In this document: piece after piece, positions 37,194 to 49,755 of the stretch | Layout: each line of letters opens with the position of its first letter | Position numbering within the stretch: the stretch's first letter is position 1 | NCBI RefSeq assembly: GCF_018350175.1 | Contig: NC_058368.1 | Span: 14,014,001 to 14,078,000, forward strand | DNA from: Felis catus | Lineage: Eukaryota | Reading direction: 5' to 3' | DNA: 64,000 nucleotides | Translations under genes and position numbers: made by a program | Notes under the pieces: generated by a model | What the model was told of the DNA's origin: nothing | Database searches by the model: none | Seen by the model: the letters and a program-made list of their open reading frames with translations, nothing else

Positions 37194-38947
37194 ACAGTTT
37201 TAGAAAGATATTTCCTAAAGATAAATGTTAGAATAAAAACTACTACCCAAGAGCTTAATTGCTATGAAAAAACTGATACTTTTTTTTTTTTTAGCAATAT
37301 GGAAGGAATGCCTCATGTGATGCTTCTAGTGTATCTTTTTATAACACAGAGCAAGTTGAAAACTTGTTTCCAAATTATGAGTTACTTCCTCAAATGAATA
37401 CGTGCATAATGGCCAGTCTGATTTTCTATTGCCTTATTGTTCTTTGTAAACACATGACAGTTTTATAGAATAAAATCTGATCTCTGAAAATGTTTATCTA
37501 GGAACAGGATCTGACTGTTCTATTTCAGAATTTTAAGTGTAAAAGTAGGATTTATCAGATAATGCTCTTGAAATCATCATTACTGAATAAGAATATAGTC
37601 TATAAGATAAGCTATCTGAAATTATAGCTAGTGAAGGAGCTGGCTAAAGCTTTATATAACCATTGATCTCTTGTTTTAATTTTTTCCCCTACCCATGAAT
37701 AAAGTGGTTAAAAATTTTAAAAACATTGCATTCTTCTTATTAAAGTTCCTTTAAAATGACTGCCCAAGCTTTGATTTTTCTTTTTCCTTAAAGACTTATT
37801 TGTTTGTGTCTGCCACTTCCCACTCTTTAACAATTCAGCTACTTGTTAGGATCATTTTTCCATCTTTTTAAAAAATTTTCATGTAAAGTTTTTCTCCCAA
37901 CCTTTGTTAGGACCATTGCTTATCTACTCACCACTGGTGTTTTGTCAAACACCTAGTAATAAAAGCCTAGTAATAAAAATAATTGCTATCCACATTACAC
38001 TTCAAGCTAATTGGTACCTACTCAGTAACACCTTTCCATAATCACCCTTCCACAAATTTCCTGTCCACTCTGTGCTTTTTCATGTACTTACTAACATCTG
38101 ACTTGTTACATATTTTACCTTTTTTATGTTGTTGTACGTCCCAGGCTTCTCCTTTCCTAGACTTTGAGTTCTGTGAAGGCAGGGCTTTTTCAGGGCTTTT
38201 TGTTAACTGTTCTTTCCACGGTGCCACAGAGAGTCCCTGGCAAATAGTAAGTCCTCAACATGCATATTTTCTGTATGACTAAATGAAGAGTATTGAATCT
38301 ACCTTTAAGTAAAGGAAACAGATGCAAGGGGTTTACAAGTTGAGGGAGCGTGGTAGAGAAGGCACATAAGGAAACTGGTGTTGTATAGGCAAAACTTATT
38401 TTCCAAAGAAACAATTTATTTGGCTCAATGAAAAGTTTTCTAGTTTTGAATTTTATTTTATTTATTTTACTTTTATTCCTTTAGGTACCTTCATCAGTTC
38501 TCACTACTTATCGTCTCCTACCCTAATTCATACATTGTTGTTAACTATTTGAACATTATACTCATATGAGTTTGTGACCCCTTATGAAATGCATGGCATG
38601 CTTATGTCAAATTTATTGAGTTGCCTTTGTTATGAGCATGATGAGTGTAGGTATACCATAGGGAAGTAAAATTGGTAAGACAGTTTAGTCCTTTTTAGAC
38701 CTTAATTATCCTATACTATTATTTGGACTTTAATCCCTGGTAATGGAGATAAAGATGTGATGTGACCTGTGCTTCAGGGTTTAGTGGTAGGTGATTCTTT
38801 ATCCTAGGGAGGATCAAAAAAGGTCACCAAATGAGGAAGGAAACATTTGTGTACTAATACATATTTTTCACAGTTGAATTTGAATTATCAGCTTTTAAAG
38901 AACAGCATTTACTCTATAATATTTTCATCTGAAATTATACTCCAAAG

Positions 38948-39487
38948 CAGCATTATCCAGTCAAAATATAATGCAAGCCTTGTATGGTATGTAAAAATTT
39001 CTCATAGGGGTGCCTGAGTGGCTCAGTCATTTAAGTATTGGACCTCAGCTCAGTTTGTGATCTCGTGGTTCATGGGTTTTAGCCCCATGTCAGGCTCTGT
39101 ATGGACAGCTCAAAGCCTGGAGCCTGCTTCACATCCTGTCTCTTTCTTTGTCCCTCCCCAAATCACGCTCTGTGTGTGTCTCTCTTTCTCTCAAAATAAA
39201 TATTAAAAAAAAAATTTTTAGATAAAATAAAAAAATTAAAATGTCTCATAACGTAATATGTGAAATTAATACAATAATGTATTTTATTTAACCTTATATA
39301 TCCAAAAATATTATCACTTCAGCATATACTCAATTAAAAAAGGATAATAGATACTTTGTATTGTCTTTTATTCTAAACCTTCAAAATCCAGTGTATACTT
39401 CCTTACAACACCATCACCTGGGACTAGCCACATTTCAAGGGCTCAGTAGCCACAAATAGCTAGTGGCTGCTGTATTGACCAATGCAG
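38948..39487 (+). mobile_element. MER33 (hAT-Charlie) interrupted by a SINEC
   Basis: 'ggactagcccacatttcaagggctcagtagccac...gctagtggctgctgtattgaccaatgcag' matches the recalled MER33 terminus. Confidence 0.8.
39007..39237 (+). mobile_element. SINEC_Fc-type
   Basis: TSD AAAAT(T/G)TCTCATA. Confidence 0.92.
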
Positions 39488-39699
39488 CTTTAAGGTTTGG
39501 TTTAAATTATGGAAGGTCTGTCATTTCTCTAAATGGCATTGATAGTAGGTTATGTATTGGTGATGGCAGTTGAAAATCTTGATGGTGTGTTTAGAATAGA
39601 GGTATTGTTACATGAAGCTGTGGAAGTATAAAATATCGTCTAGGGAGAGTGGTTTTATGGGAACGAGAATATAAGTTTCAGCAGTCCCCATCTTTTTTT

Positions 39700-39826
39700 A
39701 AATTTTTATTTATTTTTAATATGAAATTTATTGTCAAATTGGTTTCCATATAACACCCAGTGCTCATCCCAACAGGTGCCCTCCTCAATGCCCATCACAC
39801 AGTTTCCCCTCCCACCCACCCCTCAT
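39700..39826 (-). mobile_element. Very short 3' stub of felid L1 (L1_Fc-like)
   Basis: 'aatatgaaatttattgtcaaattggtttccat..aacacccagtgctcatcccaacaggtgccctcctcaatgcccatcac' is the felid L1 3' end; TSD CCCATCTTTTTTT. Confidence 0.85.
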
Positions 39827-39840
39827 CCCATCTTTTTTTT

Positions 39841-40069
39841 AAATAAACATTTTGTAAGCTAATTTTAAAAATTTATTTATGTATTTGATAGAGACAGACA
39901 GCATGAGTTGGGGAGGGGCAGAGAGACAGGGAGAGGAGAGAATCCCAAGCAAGCTCAGTGCTGACAGTGTGGAACCCTGTGTGGGCCTGGAACTCACAAA
40001 CCGTGAGATCATGACCTGAGCCTAAACAAAGAGTCCAACACTTAACCTACTAAGCCATTCAGGTGCCCC
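39841..40069 (-). mobile_element. SINEC
   Basis: Head at 40069; TSD CAGT(C/T)CCCATCTTTT. Confidence 0.9.
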
Positions 40070-40295
40070 ATCAGTTCCCATCTTTTAAGCAGAAGGCACT
40101 GGGGAGTAATCTGAGGGTCATGAAAGCCAAAGGGGGCAGTATTTCCAGGAAAGTGAGATTTGCCTTTTTAAATGTGTTGTATTTGTCCATGTGCAACTCA
40201 TTTGTGATTTTATGAAGAAAGGCTTTAGTGGAATGGTGGGGTCAATTTGTTTTCCAGTTGGTTTGGATCTCATGATAGTTCTCTTTCCCAATATT

Positions 40296-40329
40296 TGTGT
40301 GTGTGTGTGTGCGTGCGTGCGTGTGTGTG
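40296..40329. repeat. (TG)n/(TGCG)n microsatellite
   Basis: Read directly from the sequence. Confidence 0.9.
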
Positions 40330-40718
40330 ATCATGGTATTAATTGTATTCCATTTTAATTTTCTTTGAGATCTCTTCTTTAGTCAACTCACACAAAAATG
40401 GGTTGAGACCATTTTTATTCATAACTTACTTTATTTCTTTAGCTTGGGTTGAGAGTGGCATTTAACCTGAGTTATTTATCTGCAGGTGTTCTGGAAAGGG
40501 ATTCAGATAACAAACTGTCATTTAAGAGAATTATCTTAAAATGTTATGTTTCTGAATATAATTAGATTTTGAATGCTGAAGGAAATATACAGTTTTATAT
40601 TATACTTAACGTATTAGGGGTGGATATGGAAAATGCATATGTACTTATTGCAAGTCAGCAGTTTTAAAATGTGATGTTCTGGGTATTTTTAGCTTGAAAA
40701 TCTTTTCCTTTTCTTTAG

Positions 40719-40871
40719 TCATCAAGAGTCCATATAACTAGAGCTGTCCTGGAGCAATTTTTGTCCTTTGCAAAGTACCTTGATGGTTTATCTCATGGAG
40801 CACCTTTGCTAAAGCAGCTTTGTGATCACATTTTATTCAACCCAGCCATCTGGATACATACACCTGCAAAG
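40719..40871 (+). CDS. NBEA: NBEA coding exon (153 nt, phase 0-0; ~exon 12)
   Basis: ttctttag|TCATCA...GCAAAG|gtatac; SSRVHITRAVLEQFLSFAKYLDGLSHGAPLLKQLCDHILFNPAIWIHTPAK. Confidence 0.97.
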
Positions 40872-42034
40872 GTATACGTTTTGTTCTCATTCATTTCATT
40901 TTAGCGTAATATTATAAATTATAGTTATGGACCTAAACTATCCAGTGGAAAGCATTTGTTTGGATTTTTCGACCTGTTTTATAGTCAACCTGAAGCAGTT
41001 GAATTCCACAGAATCAGCAATCAAAATATGAAATACGTAAATATTAAACTAAACGAAACTATAGTTTGAATTAAACTGGATCTAATAACTGCATTCTGAA
41101 GTTAGTGGTTGTGATTCATATCTTTCCAAGAAAGAATTTGCTACACTGATTATTAAGACTAAGAAAACAGAAAGTAACAGGTAACTAATTATGCCATGAT
41201 GAGTACAATCACAGTGACTGGAAAATTGCTTTTATTGTAAGTACAGAGTTTATATCATGATTGTGAACATTATTTTAAAATAAAGATATACATTGTTTTT
41301 TAGATATCAAGATAAAAGTTTTATTTTTTTTTACCTAAATTTAGCCAGATTTAGCCCTGTTATAGTCTACTGGAAGTCAATAATAACGGACATTTTTCAT
41401 GAATGTGAGCTTCCTTTTACAGTTTTCAAGTTTCCCATACAACTTTGGTTACATAATATAAGTTCTGACCTTTGTTGTTTAGCATGTTAGTTGTGGTGCT
41501 AAATTCAAACTTGACGTTTGTTCACTTTTTAAACAAGATGTTTGGCTTGTCCTCTCTCTGCTTACATGCTTAGATTCTGATACTGTGGGAGTGGGTTAAG
41601 AAAATTTGAAACTACCTGAACTTTTAGGATATAGGACTATGTATATTTTTTCCAAGTATGATATAGCTGATAGATATTAGTTCTGTTTCTTTCAGCTGCT
41701 GAAATATACTTTGATTAAAGGCTTTAGTCTAGTTAACTTCTTAAGTAATTTGGTCTTCCTATCAGATACTTTTGATAGATTATTAAGTCATTTAAAATTA
41801 TTTCATTGGTAATAGCCACTAGATTACTTTTATTAAAATAAGTTTTATTAGAATGTGTTGGCTGCAGATTTTTTTCAATATAAATAATATTTAATTAAAA
41901 GTTATTTTTAACCTCTTAATAAATGGTTCTTTCTTGGCCTTTACTAATTTGCATTTAAATTAAAATGTATATTTATAATAAACACTTGAGGCATTTTAAA
42001 TTTATTTTAATGCTTTGCTAATATTCTGTATTAG

Positions 42035-42203
42035 GTTCAGCTCTCCCTATACACTTACTTGTCTGCTGAATTTATCGGAACTGCTACCATTTATACCACC
42101 ATACGCAGAGTAGGAACAGTATTACAGCTAATGCACACATTAAAATATTACTACTGGGTCATTAATCCTGCTGACAGTAGTGGCATTACACCTAAAGGAT
42201 TAG
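42035..42203 (+). CDS. NBEA: NBEA coding exon (169 nt, phase 0-1; ~exon 13)
   Basis: gtattag|GTTCAG...GGATTAG|gtaagt; VQLSLYTYLSAEFIGTATIYTTIRRVGTVLQLMHTLKYYYWVINPADSSGITPKGL. Confidence 0.97.
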
Positions 42204-42909
42204 GTAAGTACAACACTACCACTGTATTCATGGTACTACTACTGTTCTGTATGCTGAGTACTGTTATAGGGAACAGATGTGCATGGTTATGAAAATATCC
42301 TGAGCTATTGTCTTTCTTAGATAGTAGCCTTATGTGTTGAGAGCTTTTTGTGATAGAGAAGTTTATGGATTTGTAATATTAAATTATTTTTAGAATAAAG
42401 TCAGGTAAAAAATAATATTCTACCTTTTAGCCAGTGTACTTGTTGATACTTGGGAAGATATAGGCATAGTATTAAAAACAGATGAAACTGATCATGGCCA
42501 CTGTGTTCTAATATAGTTGTTTTGGTGCTTTGAGATTGTTGCCTTTTTTTTATATTTTACCCCAGACTTTACCCTTTATTCTAAGTATAGTAGAAATTAA
42601 TTTTGTTCTTCATTGTGTTATTGCTAATTTTCCTAATTATATAAAAATACATACTCAGCATAGAAAATAAAATGATATAGAAGAAATATATTATTTATAC
42701 CCAAATCCCAGGAATAGTAACTCTTACATGTTTGGTGTGTGTGCTTCCACTAAATTTCATTGAATTAAATGTATGAAATACTTAAACTCTCTTAACAAAA
42801 TTGAGATTTTCTTGATTTTTTTTTTCTTATGGGTTTTTTTTTTTTTTTTTGGCTCTACATAGCAATCCAAAAGAATGTGCCATTTACATGTTTGTAAAAT
42901 TTTTATTTT

Positions 42910-43182
42910 ATTTTATTTTATTTTATTTTATTTTATTTTATTTATTTTATTTTATTTTATTTTATTTTTATTTTTTTAACGTTTATTAATATTTGAGAGA
43001 CAGAGAGAGACGGAGAATGAGTGGGGAAGGGGCAGTGAGAAAAGGAGACACGGAATCCGAAGCAGGCTCCAGGCCCTGAGCTGTCAGCATAGAGCCTGAC
43101 ATGGGGCTCGAACTCAGGATCCGTGAGGTCATGACCTGAGCCGAAGTCGGATGCTCAACTGACTGAGCCACCCAGGCGCCCC
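42910..43182 (-). mobile_element. SINEC_Fc with (TTTTA)n tail
   Basis: TSD TAAAATTTT(T/G)ATTTTA. Confidence 0.95.
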
Positions 43183-43354
43183 TAAAATTTTGATTTTATA
43201 AGTAATGCAGTGTTTACACCTGTGTATATAATAATTAACTTCTGTCTTTGATGTATGTAGGATTATTGAGAGTAGTTACTGTGTAATATGTTAGAGTGCT
43301 TTTCTCAGCATACTCACAAAGACATTGAAAATTTTGTTTTATAAAAATCTTTTT

Positions 43355-43557
43355 GGGCGCCTGGGTGGCTCAGTCTGTTGAGCGTCTGACTTCGGCTCAG
43401 CTCATGATCTCACAGTTTGTGATTTTGAGCCCCACATGGGGCTCTGTGCTGACAGCTCAAAACCTGGAACCAGCTTCAGATTCTGTGACTCCCTCTCTTT
43501 CTGACCCTCCCCGGCTCACACTCTGTCTCTCTCTCTCAAAAATAAATAAACATTAAA
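43355..43557 (+). mobile_element. SINEC_Fc-type
   Basis: TSD AAAAATCTTTTT. Confidence 0.94.
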
Positions 43558-44029
43558 AAAAATCTTTTTTAATTCTCAGTAAGGGAAAATAACGTAGAAG
43601 CATTCTAATATTCATTAGCTTATTTTGTGTCTTTTAATGATAGGGCTTTTATATTATACAGTCTGATATATTATTCTGTCATTTATGACTTTTTTATTGC
43701 TTTTAATCTTGATAATGCCTAAAATTTACTAGATGTTCACCATGAGTTTGAATCTCTGCTAAGCATTCCATCTGTTAATTTTGTTCAATTGTTTATATGT
43801 AATGTAATTATATATACATAGACATGTTTACACATACACATAGGCGTATACATATAGCTTGTAGTCGGTATCACTATTATTTTGTACGTCAGGAAGGTGA
43901 AAGTTGGTACAAAGTGATAGAACTAGAATTTGAATCATGTCTATGTGACTGAGAGCCCTTGTTCTCTAACACTATAGCATGGTAGAGTTTTCTCTACTCC
44001 AGGCACATCATATATTCACACATACTAAT

Positions 44030-45710
44030 TTCTGCTTCAGAAAACTAATTTATAATTTACAGAAAAGTTGTAAGAATTTTATAAAGAATTACTAAAACTC
44101 CACCATGTTTCCCAGTATTTAATATGTTACCACATAGACTTTATCATTCTCCATTTTATGTAAATATAATCAGACCTACATTTATATGTGTATGTATTTT
44201 TTTCTAAATCGAGAATAAATTGTAGATGTGATACCTTATTACCTTAAATATTTTCCTGTTAATTTCCTAAAAGACACTCTCTTAGATAACCAAAGGCAAC
44301 CATTTAAATCCTGGTAATTTAACATTAATACAATGGTATCATCTAATCCAAAGATAGCATTTAAATTTCACCAATTATTCCAATAATACCCTTTTTAGAA
44401 AAAAATCTCTTTTTTTTCCTCTTAATCCAATTCGAGAATCATATACTGCATTTAAGTTACCTTGTCATTTGAATATTCTTCAATATAGAATAGTTATTTT
44501 TAGCATTTTTGTCCTCCATGACCTTCACATTTTTGAAGAATAGAAGCAAATTACTTTGTAGAATGTCCCTTAATTTGGATTTGTTTGATATTTGCCCATG
44601 ATGATTCAGGTTTTTCATTTTTGGACGCAGTCACGCACAAGTCATACCAATTCTGTCACATTGTATCACGTCAAGAAGCGCGTGGCGTTCAGTTGTCGTA
44701 TTACTGGAGATGTTAATTTTGATCATTTGATTAATGTGGTGTCTGCCAGTATTCTTCATTATAAAATTACTACTTTCTCTTTTGGACTAATAAGTATTTG
44801 GTGGAGAAATACATTGAGACTATGTAAATATCCTGTTCTTCAACAAACCTTCACTTACTGGTTTTAGTTCATCAGTGACTCTTGTCATAATTGATCTTTA
44901 TTGTGATTGCTGCTAAATGACATTATTTCCTAAGCCATTTATTAGTTTGCAAGGAGGAACTTGATTTTTTCTCTTCCAATTATTTGTTCATTTTATATCA
45001 GCAAATATTTCATGGATTTCTATTTTATTCAGTGTATTACATGAATAGTTGGCATACTTTCTCTGCAAGGGGCCACACAGAAATAGTTTAGGCTTAGGGA
45101 GCCTTATGGTCTCTGTTGCAAGTAGTCAACTCTGCCAGCGTATAATAAAAACAACCATAGACAGTATGTAAATAATTAGATACGGTTTGTTTCAAACAAA
45201 TGGAAATTTTTAAGTTTTAGCCGATTTAGCCCAGAGAGTATACCCTGGGTTGTATCATTATTTATTCGATGTTAAAGTTGTCTCAGATTTGGCTAGTAGG
45301 AGACTTTCATCTTAGTTTTGGGGTCTTTATGACAGATGTCCATAATTTTTCAGTCCTGGCTCTTTCCCACAAGAGAGCCAGAGTTTTTGGTTCATGTTAT
45401 ACTTATCTCTGTCCTGGAATCAGACATTTCTCCAAGGAGCCCTGGTTTGGTTGGTGGATATGGTTTCAGAAACCAAGATTTGGGTGTTAGTGTGCTTATT
45501 TGGCTTATTGCTCTTTGAGTGTTATCGCTTCTAGGCATTCTTCATGGATGTAGGAAACACAGGTTTATACATAGATACCTTCGATTCTGATTTAAAACCA
45601 CTTGGTTCAGTGTAGTCTCAAACTTATTATATTTATAGCTTTCTTCCTTCAGTATTGAAAAATCTGGCTTACATTATCTTTAATATATTTATACATTTGC
45701 TCATTCTACT
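44030..45710 (-). mobile_element. Old L1 (L1MC4/5-like) 3'UTR relic
   Basis: 'tttacagaaaagttgtaagaat', 'ttttgaagaatagaagc..tttgtagaatgtccct', 'cctggaatcagacatttctccaaggagccctgg'. Confidence 0.65.
45043..45247 (+). mobile_element. MER58A-like DNA transposon
   Basis: 'tatggtctctgttgcaagtagtcaactctgcc...ccatagacagtatgtaaat' matches the recalled MER58A consensus. Confidence 0.75.
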
Positions 45711-47059
45711 TTATGAAACAGTGTTCCGACACAAGCACCATCACCTTCTCAGCTTTGACGTTGCCAGTCAGCTCTGACCATCTCTTCACCTCTAACTCTG
45801 GATGGTCCTTGTCACCTCCTTAGCCCTAATTGTTTCTTTGCTGCTGACCACACTCCTGGCTCTTGTTGTCTCTTCGCCATGACCTTGAAGGTCCTGCCAG
45901 ACTTACTTGCCTCCTTGGCCCTGCCAAACTCTGGTGTCTCCTTGAGCTCTGTTGGTTTCTCCTGTCCCAGGGCCCTTAACCTGGCTGGCTCTGACTGCCT
46001 CAAGGAGACAGGAGGGAAGAAACCAAATAAATATATTGTGAAGAAAACTGACAAGAAAGTGGAGAGAATTTGTTTTTCTTTATAGTTTGATTTATTCTTT
46101 TTAATGCATCTTTTTATTTATTTTTAATCCATCTGAAATTAATTTTGATATTTAGTAAAATGTGAGGTTCGGACTTGAAACGTAGCTTTCTAAATAACTT
46201 TTTTTAAATACCATTTTGAACTAAAATGCTTTCTTTTAACAATAGTCCATTTGTACTATGCTAGCTTTTCGTAGTACTTACTAATTCATATGTAGGCTCT
46301 GACTTGAGAGCGAGGATCTTTTGCTTTGACTCTTATTTAATACTTTTGTCCCTTAAATTATTATTATATCAGGTTCACTATAAAAATTCATATTAACAGA
46401 TATCATGGCAACAGATATCATTAGCAAATGGAATCATACAAAGGCCTATTAAAAAAAAAACAACTTCCTGTTCTCTCAAGGAGCCAGTATTACCAGTCTT
46501 ATATGTTCTTCTACCCTCTTTTTCTCTGCTCATACAGACACAGTTTTACACATGTCTACGTGTAGGTCCTTCAGATGAGGCGTGTTTCATAATTTTTGTA
46601 TTTTTGAATATGTCATAAATGCAAATATGTTAATACATGATAAACCTTACATAGGTCTCACCAAGCTTAAGAAATAGAACATTACCATAAACCTGTATGT
46701 CCCTGTCCTTGGTCATATCTTCTTCCCATTCCTAGCCATAGAGATAACCCCATCCTCAATTTTATGTTTTATGTTTTTTGTTTTAGGTTTTTTATGCCTT
46801 TTCCTTACTTGAGGGCTTATTATTTTACTTGTGCTTTACCATTTTGCTATTTATGTATGGATTCCTAACCTATTGATTGTTTAGCTTCTGTATTTTATAT
46901 AAATGGTACATTTGTGATTTGTTACATCACTCAATTTTATATTTGTAAGATACATCTTTTTTTTGTAAAATATGGATCTGTATCATGTATATGCTTAAAA
47001 CCCACACATATGTATGTATTTTTTCCAACATGCTCTTTACATTGTACAATATCTGACAA

Positions 47060-47225
47060 TAGTAATTATAGCTAACATTTACTGAGTGCTTATGATTAAA
47101 ATGGGCCAGGGACTATTCTGATCCCTTTACATATGTTGATCTATTTAACCATTACAAAATATCCTATGACATAACCACGATTTTTATTCTTATCCTTACA
47201 GTAGAAAAAGAAACAACTGACACTT
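47060..47225 (-). mobile_element. MIR relic
   Basis: 'atagctaacatttactgagtgctta'. Confidence 0.7.
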
Positions 47226-47368
47226 TCAGACAGTATAAAACTTTTCTAATTTCATTAAATGGAAGTAAGGGTATTATTACTAAGATAATGACTGTCTCTA
47301 CTGGGGTGGGATGGAGGATGTGATCAAGATGTAGCTCAGAGCTGAGGACTGGCGTGGGGTGAGGACTT

Positions 47369-47620
47369 CAGTGCACTGGAGCGAGCTGCTGTTCAGCCGG
47401 TTGTTAAATATTCAGGGATTTTACAACCTCGTTTTTAAACTATTAGTAGATTGATCTTGAATTCAGTCATGATGGGAACACTTACACAACAAAAATCAGA
47501 AATCTGCAATTATTTAATCTGATTTAAATCAGGACCTCACCCCTCCACTCTTGTGTAGTTCCTTTACCTGCACACTGGTTGTTACTGGCTTTCTTTGCCA
47601 GTTTGCTGTCAGTGTTCAGT
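47369..47620. mobile_element. MER63-like hAT relic
   Basis: 'agccggttgttaaatattcagggatttt', 'cttgaattcagtcatgatgggaacacttacac'. Confidence 0.55.
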
Positions 47621-48702
47621 ATCTGGATCTACAAAGTGATTATACAGGTATTAATTCTGAGCTCTTCATTAAGGTGTATGTTTACATCCTCTATATATGT
47701 GCTATATTTCACCATGAAAAAGAGTTGAAAAATTAATACTAAATATTGGTAAGGAAGGAAAAGGTAGCTTGTATCCTGTTGCCAGCAGTGGGGCAAAAAA
47801 TGTGGAGTGCAGTCTGGGAAATGAGAAAGAGATTTCCTTCTCAAGAGTAGATGGAATGGATTATTTGATAATAATTTGCATGTAAATATTTATTGAGTGA
47901 ATAAGATGTTATAAATTATACATAAAGTGATTTTTATTTTAAAACTTACGAAGAAGCTATGTAAATCCTCATTGCTTCAAGAAAGCTTTATGGTTTTAGC
48001 TACATACTTAAAGGTATAATTTAATTATTACATTACATGTATGACATATATCATTGAATGTTCTCCTTTATTGGTAATTAGATATTTGCAATTAATTACT
48101 TTGAAATTTAGATGTTATGATGAAATTAACATGTACTTTAACTGTTCACATTCATTTATTCACTCATAAGCATTTATTGAGTGTCCACCATAATATGTAT
48201 TTAGTATATTTAAGCCACATAGGAAAAAAAGCTGCAAAACAAACATTAGCATGTCACTTTTCTGTGCTTTATCATATAATGTGTGGGGTGAAATGGAGAT
48301 GGTCTTTAAATGAAGACTGGTTTAATTGAAGATGAAAGAAATGTTAGGAAAACTTGGATTTGGGGGAAAAGGGAACCTATTAATAAAAGTAGGAAAAAAA
48401 TAATGTAAACACTTGATGATTATGCACTTATGAATGGATGATATTATAATTATTTAAAAAGTAACCCTTTCCTCCAAATCTGAAGTTTGGCGAATAATTT
48501 GAAATTGCCAAAGTCTGAAAATAAATGCTTGGATCCTCTGATATAATTGAAATTATATAGCATTAATATTAGCGAGTATTAAAATAAATACAACTATTAA
48601 AGAATTCCATAGTGTTCCAACATAATTGCATTATGTTTGTTGAATATCGTGAGGTTTTTTTTTTTCCTTTTGTTTTTGTTTTTGTTTTCTGTTTTATTCT
48701 AG

Positions 48703-48782
48703 ATGGTCCCCGGCCATCACAAAAAGAAATTATATCGCTACGGGCATTTATGCTACTTTTTCTGAAACAGCTCATACTAAAG
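48703..48782 (+). CDS. NBEA: NBEA coding exon (80 nt, phase 1-0; ~exon 14)
   Basis: tattctag|ATGGTCCC...CTAAAG|gtaaaa; (D)GPRPSQKEIISLRAFMLLFLKQLILK. Confidence 0.97.
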
Positions 48783-49502
48783 GTAAAATAATTTTACATA
48801 ATTTAGAATTTCAATATATTAAGTGTGAAAGAATTTTTGGCATAGTGTAAAATCAATATTGTAAAATTAGCAGTAGCTATCTTTAACTTATGAATAGCTT
48901 TTAACACTCTAAAGTAAATCTTACTGTTAACTTTTGTGAAACTTCACCTTTTGTTAATCCTTTTTTGAGATCCTCCATTCTAAGAGATATATCTGAAATG
49001 GAGAAGGAACATATGCATTAGAAATGAGCATAAAGTTTTTATTCCAGAAAATAGTCTGTATACCTGTTTCAGAAGTCTTACATTATATCTTTTATCACAG
49101 TAGGATTTTTAAAAGATTAAGATAAAGAGAAATGAAAAACAAAGGTAATATATGCACAATTGATATTATAAAGTTTTGCAGTAATTTGCATCATTTTAAG
49201 AAAAGAATAAATTCTTAGAAAATAGTAATATGAATACAGTTTAGATGATCACAATATACCAACTCTTGATAGTGATGGTCAATCAAATCAGCAACTTCAA
49301 AAGACTAGATACAGCGTTCCAAATATTTACTTATTTAACTCAAAATAATATAGTCTATGAATTATGAAGTATTTAAACATTTTAATGAAAACATCACTAC
49401 TTTTAAATTGTTCACATTTTTTAAATGATCATTTTGATGCCTGTCTTTAAAGTTTTAATTTTAGATTTAAAATTAAGTAATATACATTTTTTTAAAAATT
49501 AG

Positions 49503-49565
49503 GACCGAGGGGTCAAGGAAGATGAACTTCAGAGTATATTAAATTACCTACTTACCATGCATGAG
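49503..49565 (+). CDS. NBEA: NBEA coding exon (63 nt, phase 0-0; ~exon 15)
   Basis: aaattag|GACCGA...CATGAG|gtagga; DRGVKEDELQSILNYLLTMHE. Confidence 0.96.
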
Positions 49566-49657
49566 GTAGGACATGGTCTGGGTCTTTGTTTTAATTATTT
49601 TATTCAAAGCAGTAGAATAAAATATTAACTATAGAAATATTGGTGATCCTTATGCAG

Positions 49658-49755
49658 GATGAAAATATTCATGATGTGTTACAGTTGCTAGTGGCTTTAA
49701 TGTCAGAACATCCAGCCTCAATGATCCCAGCATTTGATCAAAGAAATGGAATAAG
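49658..49755 (+). CDS. NBEA: NBEA coding exon (98 nt, phase 0-2; ~exon 16)
   Basis: tatgcag|GATGAA...ATAAG|gtatga; [32 protein letters not shown](R). Confidence 0.97.

Noticed and set aside
38460..38490. Long pyrimidine tract followed by AG|GT (recursive site?)
   Set aside because: The regenerated donor gtacct is far from consensus
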